NCBI GenBank assembly: GCA_002269645.1
Contig: NIVC01000217.1
Location: 310,001-374,000, forward strand
DNA: 64,000 nt
From: Macrostomum lignano
Lineage: Eukaryota
Direction of reading: 5' to 3'
Positions within the stretch are counted from its first letter, which is position 1. Every line of letters begins with the position of its first letter. The notes beneath the pieces are model-generated. The model had not been told where the DNA came from, searched no databases, and worked only from the letters and a program-made list of their open reading frames with translations. Below, in pieces: positions 39,050-51,503 of the stretch. A program made the translations under genes and the position numbers.

Positions 39050-40300
39050 TATAAACCTTGACGGATTGATGAAAATTTTGATGTAAGTGGGTCCTGTGAT
39101 ATTGCTTGTACAATATTGTGACGTGTTGGGTTGTTCTGCTGCTTCAGGTCATCACTCTAATATACGATGATCTGGCGGAGAAGTTAAAGCTGCAATTTCT
39201 TGTGCAGTCCAATATAGAAAGCAATTTTCGATAGATTCAAAGCCGCTGTACGGACATTTCAGGCATTTTATTGGGGATCGGAAAGATTTATGGTTTACAA
39301 GTTTACATGAGGGAAAATTGAAAGCTGTATGGCCTGTTACATCCCAGTCACAATTGCCACTTAAAATAAAATGCTCAGAGAATCGGAACAGCTGGTTTTC
39401 ATTTTTTAGAATATTGTAATTAATGGCAAATAACCGCTGCTCCGAGAGGCATGGAAGAAGAAGCTCAAGAAGACCCTTCTTTAGAATTTGATTAGGACGA
39501 CTGGGATGCAGTTTCAAGTTATTGATGTTGGTTCTGCCTTTCACCCAAAACTTAATGAGCATCAGGCATTCAATGACACTGTGTCTGCCTTGACAGTCAA
39601 CAGATTCTTTCCTCTAGGCTTGAAATTAATGCCTCCATGGCCACTTCTTGTGCAATTACTAGTGTTTAAAACACCAGCAGTGTCGTTTCAGCGAATGCCA
39701 GCTGTATGGGAAGGAGATGCACCTGTTAGCTATGGATATGTATCCTTAATTTCTCTGGATATGCATACGAGTACCACCACAGGTGCTTCTTCTCAGGGAG
39801 TTTTTGTTAATGACTATTTGCTCAGAAAAAAACGCGGAATGCATGAAGTTGAGAATGAAACGAATGCACCGCTGAAACAAGCAAGCGCTTTGTTCATTGT
39901 AATTAAAAAGATCGAATGCTCTGAAAATCAGAAGCGTAGTTAGCAAGAATTTCGTTGTGATTCAGTAGTAGCATTTGCTTTTACAACAACACGCGCTGAG
40001 GATAGAACACATAAACCCCATTGAAATTTATTGATGTAAGGCATTGGTAAAGCTGGTGTGATTAATTGCGTGAAAACTTGCTTACAGACTGGCTGAAAAA
40101 TCCACCATTTACCCAAAAACGCTTAACTGATACCGATTTTTTAATTACAGCTTCAGGCTTTTACATGAAAGTGTTGGCCTCTCCACACGACAACACATGC
40201 ATATCCTACTCGAACCGAAACCACGGTACCCGAAACTACCCAAAAACCCGGTAATGGCGTACGACGCAGACGTGAATCCTGATCCTCACAGTAGTCTCCA
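39050..40300. repeat. Partial element X block (3' flank of copy 6)
   Basis: Collinear with 35490-36700. Confidence 0.8.
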
Positions 40301-40664
40301 TAGGCTTTGGAAAATGTATTGCATTTTATAAGCTTACCTAGAAAAAAAATCGCTTCTGCACATGCACGTATACAGTGTACTAACACTATTAAAGTTTCAT
40401 TAAATAAAGTGTTCAGTTCAATTTTTTGTCCTACAGATGTTATTGGCATATGATGAGAGGCAACTTCTTACTCTCCATAATAGCCTTCAGAAATTTTTAC
40501 TAGTGAAAAATTTTGAAACTTTAATAGTAACGATTTTTTTTTGCGGCCGGTTGCACTCATACGACGCGGAATAAATATCGGGGTCGTGATTCAGTGTGTT
40601 TATTCACGGTGATAAAAGCGTCTTTGATAGTCAAGTGTCGTCCAAAAAGTCATCGCCTTGTTTC

Positions 40665-41386
40665 TCAGCCACGCTGGTAGAGAGTCCAGTCGGGTCCGGT
40701 CAGGCTGGCTGGCGGGTAGGCGAACGCCAGCAGGTGGCAGGCGAGCAGCCGCTTGGAGAAAACGGCGGCCTGGCAGTCGGCTCTGGCGCTGCACTTGGCC
40801 AGGCAGTCCATGACGGATTGAGCAGCGGCCGGCCAGAACGAGGTCTTGCTGGTTATCACAGTGAGGGTGGAATTCTTCAACATCTTGTAGATGTTTTTGT
40901 CTAAAAATAGATATTTTTCTTTGTATTAACATTTTTGGTCGATATTTACGTGGCTATTTTTGCTGTTTATTTCAACTTACTCGGGTAGGCCAAAGCGAAA
41001 ACGGAGTTGATGGCGAAGCCTCCGCAAGTCTGCAGCGAGTTTCCAGTACACTGCTTGTTGCACTTGCTCTTGCTCAGTTTACCATGCGATCCATAGGTCG
41101 TTCCACAGAAGCAGAACCTACTGTTTTGCACTCCAAAGTAGGGGAAGCCGCCCAGAGAACAGAGGTCGCTGCAGAACTCGAGCGACATGTCATCGGTATG
41201 TATTATGCCGATATTAGCATCAATTTTGTAAGAACCCAGGCTGCTCACTCCTTTCAGCGCGGTCAAGTCTCTGTTGAAGTTGTTACCGTCTTGGTAGCAT
41301 CCGATGTACGAGATTTGAGCAACCCTTCCTGCAGCACAGGTCAGTAGAGCGCACAGCAACATTGACTGAAACATGCATATGCCCAT
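40665..41386 (-). CDS. Secreted WSC + PAN/Apple domain protein, copy 6 (intact, 213 aa)
   Basis: Exon 1 41386-40981 (406 nt), 80-nt intron GTAAG...TTTTTAG, exon 2 40900-40665 (236 nt). Confidence 0.92.
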
Positions 41387-42420
41387 TGAGAAAAGCAAGT
41401 GGTTTTAATTTTTAAACAAAGTAGTTTAATGCATCTCAAGTCGTGCGTTACTTTTTGTAGCTTTGTCAGTGCTGGCACAAATAATCAGCAGCTTGGTTTT
41501 TATCCAATCAGCTTGGATGTAGGCACTGCTAGTAGTATTTTGAAAGACGAAAACTGGATGAAATAAGATAAGTGTAAAGTAAAAACTTTTAAACTCTGAT
41601 GTGACTCGTGCTTTCTCGGTTTTGATCCTAAGATTGGCCTGAGAACTGCTTTTAGATATTAACAGGCGGCACTGCAGTGGAAACGCAATGTCTTTTCTTT
41701 GTTTGTAACGGATGTCTCCATAATTTCAAAACAATAATAATTGTCAGCTTTTAAAAATCCCCTGAAATTTAAATTGCAACAATTATGCAAATAAATAACG
41801 ATTTAAAAGCACCAGATTTGACCGCAGGTGTGTCTTCTGCCGAACTTTACAAGCACTGAGCTTTGCTCGTGGTTATTGGTGATATTCTCAAGCATTTTGG
41901 CACGGCAGCAAAAGCTTCAGGTGTTTCCAGATGATTCCCAGATGCGAATGGCGGAAAGCAATAAAAATACCCATTGCAATATATGCAACACTTGATTGCA
42001 TTTAGACAGTCGCACTTAATGCATGTAGTTAATTGGAGTTAGTTTTTTGCTTTCACAAATAACTTTAACGTTGTAAAATATGCTGTCCAGCAGCTTATTT
42101 TTATATTTCCGGCTGCAATGCTTACGTTGAAAAATAAGATTTAATAAATAAATTAAATAAAATTTATAGTTGCAATAAGATTTGAATTCGATATAGAGTA
42201 GAGCGAAGCAGCAACTAAATTTTTATAAAGTGCGTGTAAGATATTCGGAGCTTCAGTAAAAAACGATGATTTATACGTCAAATGTATGCGTCTAAAAGTG
42301 TATAGTAAAAAAATAGGGGACTTTGGTTTGTGACCTTTGTTGGACGTCAGTTTCAAAGGTTAATTAACAACTTTATATTCTAACATTATTATAATTAACA
42401 ATATAAAAGACGAAAAACGA

Positions 42421-42712
42421 TTACAGCTGCCCCAATTGAGCTAGATGTGTAATCGACAGCTCAGCCGCAGCTATTGCGCGGCGCATCTGAAGGCTGCGTA
42501 CGGCTGTTCAGTCCAAGGACTGGGTGGGGGGTGGACACACACACTCTCAATTACCCCGGCTAATGCTGGTACCCATTTTACAGCTGGGTGAACTGAAGCA
42601 ATGCAGAGTTGAGTGACTTGCTCGAGGTCACAAATTGTTCCGGGTGGATCGAGAATCGAACCTCGACCTTCAATTCGCGAGACAAAAGCTCTAACCACTA
42701 GGCTAAAAGCCC
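42421..42712 (-). mobile_element. tRNA-derived SINE with CORE-like domain
   Basis: A box TAGCCTAGTGG (42705-42695), B box GGTTCGATTCT (42662-42652), then TGTGACCTCGAGCAAGTCACTCAACTCTG..CAGTT..CTGTAAAATGGG. Confidence 0.8.
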
Positions 42713-42855
42713 CTTTTTTAACTTTTCAACAGTTAAAAAAACCACTGACTGTAAAAACGTCTGGCGGACGTTTTGCTTTGGACGCTAATAGACAGTAAAA
42801 TTTTATTGCGATTTGTGCTTCAAATTGCTTTTAATTTTTTTCGATACTTTGGGAC

Positions 42856-45345
42856 TGTTAAATAAATAATCAAGTCTAATAAATCTGAGGGTTAGACTCT
42901 AACAAAAAACAGGTAAATTAGCCCTGTGGCTAAGTTATTGCTTATGTAATAAATTAAATCGATATTCTCTCTCTCCAACTCTCTGACTCATCAACGCCTC
43001 ATCCACATCAACCCCACCCCAACACACTCTGAGACGGGGACCGCCAAGTGTATGTTGTAACCCGGGTCGGTTTGGGTGCCCAGTCCCGAGTACAATATAT
43101 ATTATATGTGATATAACAGGCGTTGTGACGCTCTGTCTGTACTTTTATGAATACGACGAGCAAGCGTGACGACGCTCTGCGATAATAGTTCGATCCCTCT
43201 GGTGTTGTGACACTCAGAGTTCACGCTGCGGCTCGAGGTGTGGTGACACTTTCGAGTGCTTCTAGTCTCTATACCGTAGGGTGTACGCAATATATAGGGT
43301 AAACGGTACAGTACTACAAAAGCTATATGATCTCCCGGCGTTATGACGCTCTGGCAAGAACTCGGCCTAGCAAGCTTCCCGAAAAGAAAGGACTCAAACA
43401 GCAGGCGGCTTACCAGTGGCCAAATGACTGTTCACCGTTGATTGCTCGTAGGTCTCAAGCGCAGGTTCGCAGGTTCGCACGTTTGTTGATTGGCTCGTAG
43501 GTGTCAAACGCGGCTTCTAACTTTTTCTCAATTCTCCAAGATTCTTTTTAAAGACTAACTTCTCAATTGAGCCCTCGGGTTTGTTTTATCGTAGGTAGCT
43601 AATGTCGCTGTTTCTTACTTAAGCAAAGTCTCGCGCTTGCAACCACGGAGCACACAAAACACAAAATAGCACAAACAGGACTAACAGAGAAACAGAGAAA
43701 CCGAGAAACAGAGCGAAGGGCGTGAGAAAGGCCTAGAGCCGCATTAAATAATACCCAAACCCTGGGGCCGATGGCCCCACCGGCTAAGCTCACCAAAACA
43801 AACCACGCCGGCCCAGCCAATCAAAACCCCGCCTAAGGGGGGAGGGGCTGCACCCGCGCCAAAGCTGGCCCGGCCGCAGCCAACCAGCCCTGAGCACGGG
43901 GCAGGGGCACGGCTGGGGAGGGGCACGCGCAAAGCCCGGCCGGCGGCCAGACCCTGCCATGCCCGCCAACCCCCCCAACCAGCCCCAAAGTGCAACGCGC
44001 CCTGCCAACTGACAAGGGCGCATGCACTACATGTACACTGGCGACGCTACACATAGCAGAGGATCGGTACGCAGGCACTCCAAATCCAACACACTCCCCC
44101 TAATGATGCTTCATCATTACTTAAAGGTTGATACGAGTATTCGAAGAGCGAAAATATTACGCAAACGAACGGCAGCAAATCGTCAACAGTTTGAATGCGA
44201 ATTCAGCAACGAAGAAGCACGTAAGTGAGGAACAAAGGGAAAACGAAACTTAAAAAAAATCCAATCAGCGCTAAGGAGCTCAAAAGGTAAGCTTGAAAGT
44301 GAGTGAAAATTACTGCGAACTAAGCTAAACAGGAACTCGAAATAACGATTAGAACAGTCATTGAAAGTCAGTTACCTAAGTTTATTCGGTCACAGCTTCC
44401 AACAAAATCAGGTTCTCCACCGGTCGGCGAATCAAGCATCTCCTGGGACCGCGGCCAGGTCTGGGCGCGACTCGAACCGTTGCAGATCTCACCGCCCCGT
44501 CTCGGCCAGGATGCACCGACTCGATGACACCGGTACACCAGGTGAGCCTCGGCTGCCCGGCTTCACCTTTCACCAGGATGATGTCGCCGGCCGTCGCTTT
44601 TCGAGTTACGCCATGCTTGGGACTTAGATTATGTTCTCGCAGGCTGGTCAGATACTGTCGCTCCCAGCAGTCCCAGAAGGCTTGCAGTCTGGCGCGCATT
44701 CGCCTCAGCAGTGTTGGCAAAGGCAGCAGGAGCTCGGGCGCACCGCTAGAAGTTGGCTCCGCCGTCAGCCGTTGCAGGACCAGAAAGTGCGCCGGCGTCA
44801 GGACTTCTCCGTTGGTCTCGGCATCCATGTAGAGTAGAGGCCGACTGTTAAGCACCGCTTCCACCTCCATTAGCACTGTCTGCAGTTCGTCCAGCGTCAG
44901 GGTTGCGTTGAGGATGGTCTTGCGCAAAGCCAGCTTGATGTCCCTCATCAGTCGCTCCCAGAAGCCTCCTTGCCATGGTGCGCGTTTGACGATGAATTGC
45001 CAGGTGATTTTCCTGGTGGCGCAGAAGTATTGAACTTGTCAACTCTCCGACGCCTGAAGTATTCTGGCAGTCTTGGTGAATGTCTTGGCGTTATCAGAAA
45101 TAATCAACTCTAATAAATCTGAGGGTTAGACTCAAACAAAAAAAACAGGTAAATGAGCCCTGTGGCTAAATTATTGCTTATATATTAAATTAAATCGATC
45201 TCTCTCTCCAACTCTCTGACTCATCAACGCCTCATGCACGCTTCAACCCCACTCCAACACACTCTGAGACGGGGACCGCCAAGTGTACACTGGCGACGCT
45301 ACACATAGCAGAGGATCGGTACGCAGGCACTCCAAATCCAACACA
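42856..45345 (-). mobile_element. Internally deleted BEL/Pao LTR retrotransposon
   Basis: TGTG...AACA termini with 5-bp TSD GGGAC (42851-42855 and 45346-45350); LTRs about 255 bp; PPT GGGGGAG at 44100-44094. Integrase motifs SDNAKTF, APWQGGFWERL, LNSRPL and LTPAHFL, plus a DUF5641-type tail ending at 44382. Confidence 0.88.
43053..44031. mobile_element. Solo LTR (979 bp) nested in the BEL 3' LTR
   Basis: TGTTG...CTACA termini with 4-bp TSD TGTA (43049-43052 and 44032-44035). The uninterrupted site is seen in the other LTR at about 45283. Confidence 0.85.
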
Positions 45346-45479
45346 GGGACAATTTATCAGACAGGCCAGAAGTGGGGTCGAGCATGCTGCTAAGTGTTGG
45401 GGTGAGTGTCCATTAGGGTCCATCATGAGGGTGAGTTTCTGGATGTGAGTGAGTGTCCATTGGTTGAGTGTACCCGGTT

Positions 45480-45615
45480 TCAAGACCCGATGTGATACAA
45501 GATCCGAATCCGTATCACCACCGAGCATTCGCAGCATTGCATCGGGCTTCTGTTCCACCAGAGGCTTCAGGTGCCGATACCACAGCTCATATATGATGAG
45601 CTTGCCTAGCACATC
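45480..45615 (-). mobile_element. Family-B DNA polymerase fragment, Polinton/Maverick-like
   Basis: LGKLIIYELWYRHLKP...LRMLGGDTDS resembles the SKL.MY.FWY..LKP...LLY.DTDS region of protein-primed PolB. Confidence 0.5.
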
Positions 45616-46539
45616 TGGCCTTTCTTAGTGCCTCAAATTACGTGCTACCCTGCGCCCTGGCCAAGGTGGCGCTGTACGCTGATTGGCTGCGGCCTCGCGC
45701 TACTGGTCTATACTCGTAAAAGTAGCGATCTACAGCAGGCACTAGTATTCTCTCGTCGATTGTCTAAAGATGGTCGCAACAATTTGCGTGAGAGGAGCCG
45801 ATCTGGCGATCCGGGTCCTGGTGAGCCAAAAGCATGGAGGAGGTTCTCGCAGAGACGGAGAAGATTGTGAAGCTGTGTGCGGACTTCTTGCGATTGACCA
45901 GTCTGCCCCAGATTCGCATCAAGACTATTACCGCTGTGACGGCCTTTCCCGCGGGTCGACATCCACTCCGGTTGGGGGAAGTCAAGTCTAAGTGGCCGCA
46001 TCGGGGCACCCACGAGCCGGAAATGTTTAACGGACTTGTGCTCGAGTTTACTGCCTCTGTAAAATGATTTTGTTTCATTCATATCGCTGTATAATAGCTG
46101 GCGCTCGCAGCATGGTTGAGGCTCAGACTGCAGCTGATGCCCTCTCCGAATTTTGCATGCAGACCAAGCATCCGAGCCTACTTTGCTGAACTCTGACTGC
46201 ACTCCTTAACGGCATAACAGTAGTAGTGAGGCATTTATCATTAAATAATACTATAAAATTCTTTTTCTGCAATATGTTTTTTGAGTTTTAAAAAAAGTAC
46301 AAGACACTGTTCATCGCCTGGTGATATTGCAATGACTGTTTTGCTTATTTATTTCTAGTGGGTAGCATTAGCATTACCATTCTTGCCTCTCTCTTGAGTC
46401 CTGCACTCCACACCTCCCTTCATAATTTGGGCTTTATTACATAAGTTAATGTCATATAAATATACTGGTTTGGGCCCTGCGCCCACTTCTGCTCCTTCTC
46501 TTAGTAGTCAATTTAACTCCAATTAAATATTCTCTAGTT

Positions 46540-46758
46540 TCATCTTATTCTTTTCTCGACATCGAGTTTCCTGTCGGCGAACTCCTCCAAGCGCTCTTTC
46601 AAGCTAGCCGGGTGTCGGAATTGATGAATAGTGAGCTCCATGCCGGGCAGACCTGGCCGATGATCCTCGCTAGACTTGAACCACTTTCTAATACTAATGG
46701 TCCGTGTGTCTGGCACCAGGCTGATGCGATAATCATATAATCGTTCCTTAAATTCCAT
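46540..46758 (-). CDS. Small ORF with a PC4-like ssDNA-binding motif (72 aa), probably mobile-element derived
   Basis: ISIRKWFK...RPGLPGMELTIHQF resembles the PC4 pattern IDIR.Y.....PG.KGISLT..Q(W/F). Confidence 0.4.
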   Translation of the reverse strand: MEFKERLYDYRISLVPDTRTISIRKWFKSSEDHRPGLPGMELTIHQFRHPASLKERLEEFADRKLDVEKRIR

Positions 46759-47539
46759 CAAAAATTTATTTATTTATTAAAAAATGCCCTACTAAGCGAT
46801 GCATATGTACAGCATTCATTTTTATTGGCGATCGGCTACCCGAAACCACCGGTTGAATCGGCAGCTGAGGACGGTTGCACCAGCGCGTCCAGTGGCGTGT
46901 CAAGTCTGTGTGGGTGCGACTTAGGGCATCAGATTTCGGGAACTCGGGAGCATCGCGTCTAGGCACAGGCCAGCAAGTACTGTACCCTTTACGAGCGTAT
47001 ACCCTACTATACCGCACCGCTAAGGCCAGGGGTAGATTCAAGGATACAACACTCACTTTTCTGAAGATTAAAACCGCACCGAGGCTCACGAATGGACAGA
47101 AAAAGCCGGATTGCGATGAAAACTAGGAGCCAATCGAAATGAGATCAAAAACAGAGGGCAGGGGCACAACTGGGCTACCTGGTATTTGTGCTAACAAGCT
47201 GCCCAGTTGGATGAAGGACAAACCGTCCATGGTTTGAAGGCTCTAAAGCTTCAACATAACAGCTTCAATTTACCTCTTAACATTCCTAAAATACAGTGGA
47301 TATGTAGCAGAATAAAGGCAGATGAAGAAATAAGTAAATCATTGCATGATTTAGAATGAACAGCAGCAATAAGAGGTCGTGCTCGAATTCTCGATATCAT
47401 TTTCTACACTCTAATTTTGAGTTAAGCTTCAAACATTCTTTTTATCCTGAATCCTGATCCCCAGAGCAGTCTCCGGGCTTTGGGATGGGCTCACCTAGAC
47501 AATAACCCCTAGGTTTAACATGCATCCATATATGCACCG

Positions 47540-50445
47540 TATGTTGCGATTTCAGGGCCGGTTTTACCTGCCAGCCGTACACCCAGGTGGAACAAGCCAA
47601 GGACTACGCCCGGTACAAAATACAAGTGGCCGAGCTTTTTGACCGATTTCCGGTGCACCGGGTGGTCCGATTTCACCGCGACTACCACCAGCACCGCGAC
47701 GCCAACAGTCTTTTCTGGGGCAAAGACTGCTCCCAGATGTCTATTAGGCACCTGCTCAGCACCAAGACTAACCAGCAGAACCAGACAGTCAGGCGCCCCC
47801 AGCCTAACAAGAACCGCGTCGTTGGGCCGTGAACATCTTCGGGTCATAAGCTATGTCTGTCTTTCAACAGCACCAACGGATGCTCAGAGACGAACTGCCG
47901 CTTTCTGCATGCCTGCTGAGTCTGCGAGGGCAACCACTCCGAGAAGAATCACCCAAAAAACTGAGAAAGCGCGCCGATTGTGTGCACATGACCTATTTCA
48001 CGCCTTCTGATTTTAACAACCCGACGCAGCCTTCTCGGCGGCAGGCCTCTTCAGGCCGCTTACCCAAATCTCAGATCTGACCAGGCCGCTTACCCAAATC
48101 TCAGATCTGACGCGGTCGTCTGTTGATCTACGAATAGATGCCTGGCGCCTGGAGCTCGCCGGCGACCACGACGCTGATTTTATTCTTCACGGCATCGAAC
48201 ATGGCTTTCCTATCGCTGATGACCTTAATTTTGCGCCCTGTTTTCTCCGCAACTACCAATCCGCCTACCAGAAGCGCGACCAAGTCCAAGCAGCCCTAGA
48301 AGAAGAAATCCGTCTGGGCAGATACATCCCGGTGGCGGACAAGCTTACGATAGTCTGCACGCTCGGCGCGATTCCTAAGGACAGCGCCAGCATCCGGCTG
48401 ATCCACGACTGCTCCGTTCCTCACGGCCAAAGCCTGAACGACCACTAAGCCCAGCAGCGCAAGATCCGCTTCACTTCTGTCGATGAGGCCGTCGGGTTGA
48501 TGCAGCCGGGCTGGTTCATGGCGAAGGTTGACATTGCGTCCGCCTACCGTGCTGTGCCTATTTTTCCGCAGCGCTACCAAGCCACCGGGATCCACTGGGA
48601 CTTCGGTAACGGGCGCTCAGCTTGCATAGTGGACACGCGCCTGTCATTCGGCAGTCGTGCCTGTCATCATCTTCCATCGTCTCACTCAAGCGGTCCAGCG
48701 TATGGTGTGCTGCAAACCCTTCCTAGCCACCATCGTCTTCATCGATGACTTTCTTGTCAAGGCAAGGACAGAAGCTAAATGCAACCGAGCCTAATGCGAG
48801 CTGGGTAACCTGCTCACTGAGCTTGGATTCGTCATCAACGAGCGAAAATCCGTGCCGCCAACAACCAAGCTGCGGTTCCTGGGGATAGACATCGATACCG
48901 TGCAAGCGATCCTCTTTTTCCCAGCTGACAAAGCCAGGAAGCTTCAGTTCCTGCTTCGCACCTGCCTGTCGCAGCAAGATATGTCGAAGTATGAGTTGCA
49001 AAAACTGCTAGGGCATCTCAGCCATATTTGCACTACCGCTCAGCACGGTCGAACCTACCTGCGCCCGCTCATCGATTTCGCCAATAGCCTGACGCATCCG
49101 TCCGACCGTGCTCACATCACGGTGGAGCTCAGGTCTCAGCTGGAGTGGTGGACGAATCCTTTGAGCATTCTGCCGCCAAAGTCCGCTTGGCCGTCTCGTC
49201 GACCAGCCGCAGCTATCGAGTCCGATGCCTCCGACGCAGGCGGCGGTGCGGTGCTGCACTTCGAAGGAGTGCTGAGGTTGATGTGGTCGCTATCCTGAAG
49301 CATCAAGAGGCCCACCGTTGCGGTGTACAGAGACAGCACCGCTGCCTGCTGCATCATCAACTCTAGCTCGGCCAAGCACCGCGGCATCACCGACCTGCAG
49401 AGGCTCGTCACTCTGATCTACATCCAACGTGACATTATCGTGCCTGGCCGCTTTCAGCTCCTCGCGGACCCACTGTCCAGAGCTAACGACGCTAGCCAGC
49501 TTGCTAACTTTCTTTTTCGCTTCTACGGCACCTGCTACGTGCCTACCCGCTTGCTTGCATCTGCTTGCTTGAGTCCTGCCGCTGCTTCTCACCTTCTTTT
49601 TTAGGTCCACCTCCTGTGGTCTCAGTGCCTGTCCTCAGTTCGGTCGCCCGCCAACTGCTCGGCCGTGGCTTCGCAAGCTCAACCAGCGCCGCCCACGCCA
49701 CACAGTTCGCATCCTGGTTTCAGTTCTGCGATGCCCATGGAGTTCGACCACTGTCAGCGCAGCCTGCCGATGTGCGCAACTACCTGGCGGAGCTGGCCGG
49801 AAACCCACTGTTCTCCATCAGCAGCCTGTCCTGTCACCTCGCAGCCGTGTCCTGGTTCTACAAGGCGAACGGTGTGGCCGACCCTTCCAAGCAACCGCTG
49901 GTACAGCTCGCGCTGCGTGGAGCCCGACGGCTCCTTGGTGCTGCCCCAAGAGCAAGAAAGCGTTGCTGCCAGCCAACCTCCAGCGACTGTGCCGAGCACT
50001 GCGACCAGAGGAACCCAGTGTCTGCGCGTTCTGGTGCGCCTTCATTGTTGGACGGTGGGCCATGCTGCGACGGGCCAATCTGTGTGTCGCCGGTCGGTTT
50101 GACCCCCTTCGAGACCTCAGCGCGAGCTGCATCAGGCCGGCTAGTGCCGGCGCTATTCTCGTCATTCCGAGGTCGAAGACCAACCAGTTTGGTGCACGCC
50201 AGCACCGTGTCTTTTGGCCGCGGCTCCCAGCCCCCAGCGTTGGCATGCTTGGCAAATTTCTTTTCTTGTGTGCTTACCTTTACCCTCTTCAGTTCCCTTC
50301 TGCTTTTATCCCTCTGCTTTTACCCCATTGCTTGTAATACTTCAATTTCGCGTCAAATACACTCGCTCTCACTGGGCTCGTTTCGCCCGCCTTCTCGCCG
50401 TCACCTCTGTGTCTTCTTGTTCCTTTCGGTCCGGTTGGCTAACTA
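47540..50445 (+). mobile_element. Decayed DIRS-order (Ngaro-like) tyrosine-recombinase retrotransposon
   Basis: Gag-like ORF at 47587; RT motifs IPK..RLIHDCS.P.G.SLND, MAKVDIASAYRAVP, LSFG and IDDFL; RNase H ESDAS; recombinase N-terminal helical domain plus LRRAN and RSKTNQ, truncated near 50235. Interrupts the array-unit flank with no TSD. Confidence 0.85.
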
Positions 50446-50783
50446 GCTCTATTTGAGTTTATTAATTCAGTTCTATTTCAGTTCAATCGACTTTCGAGTG
50501 GTCCTTGGATATTTCTTTATTGAATAATTTTTAAAACACCTGTTAAAGATTTTTGATATACATTTGGCAGTTTTAAAAGTTCTTTGTCGATAGTCTGCAA
50601 ATTGTTTTGGACCTCTTAGTGTATTTCAAAAATAAATTTTACAGTAACAGCTAATTGATGTTAACACGCCGCTCAGTTTTTAGCGCATTTTCAAGTAATA
50701 TCATGGTCGTGTTTCAGTTTTTTCACGGTAATAAAATAGTCCTTGGTTATTAAGAGTCGTCCAAAAAGTCAACGCGTTCTCCC

Positions 50784-51503
50784 TCAGCCACGGTGGTAGA
50801 GAGTCCAGTCGGGTCCGGTCAGGCTGGCTGGCGGGTAGGCGAACGCCAGCAGGTGGCAGGCGAGCAGCCGCTTGGAGAAGACGGCGGCCTGGCAGTCGGC
50901 TCTGGCGCTGCACTTGGCCAGGCAGAACATGACGGATTGGGCAGCGGCCGGCCAGAACGAGGTCTTGCGGGTCACCACAGTGAGGGCGGAATGCTTCAAC
51001 ATCTTGTAGATGTTTTTGTCTGAAAGTTTTTTTTTGGAATTTCTGCGTATTAATCTTTGTGGTCAATATTTTCGTGGGTAGTTTATTTTGTCCATTTTGT
51101 TTTACTCCTAACTTACTCGGGTAGGTCAAAGCAAAAACTGAGTTGGTGTTCCAGCCTCCGCAAAGTTGCAGAGAGTTTCCAGTGCACTTATATCGGCACT
51201 TGCTCTCGCTAAGTTTTCCATGCGATCCATAGCTCGTGCCGCAGAAGCACTGCTTTCTGTTCTGCACTCCGAAATAGGGGAAGCCACCCAGAGAGCAGAC
51301 GTCGCTGCAGAACTCGAGCGACATGTCATTGTTATTTATTATGCCGATATTAGGATTAATGCTGTAAGGCCCGAGATTTTTCAATCCTTTCAGCGCGGTC
51401 AAGTCTCTGTCAGAGTTGCCACCGTCTTGGTAGCATCCGACGTACGAGATTTGAACAACCCTGCCTGCAGCACAGGCCAGTAGAGCGCACAGCAACAGTG
51501 ACT
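50784..51503 (-). pseudogene. WSC-PAN copy 7, 5'-truncated
   Basis: Splice sites are intact (97-nt intron 51116-51020; exon 2 51019-50784). Homology stops at about 51503, removing the ATG (MSICMF) and promoter. An in-frame TAA lies immediately upstream. Confidence 0.8.
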
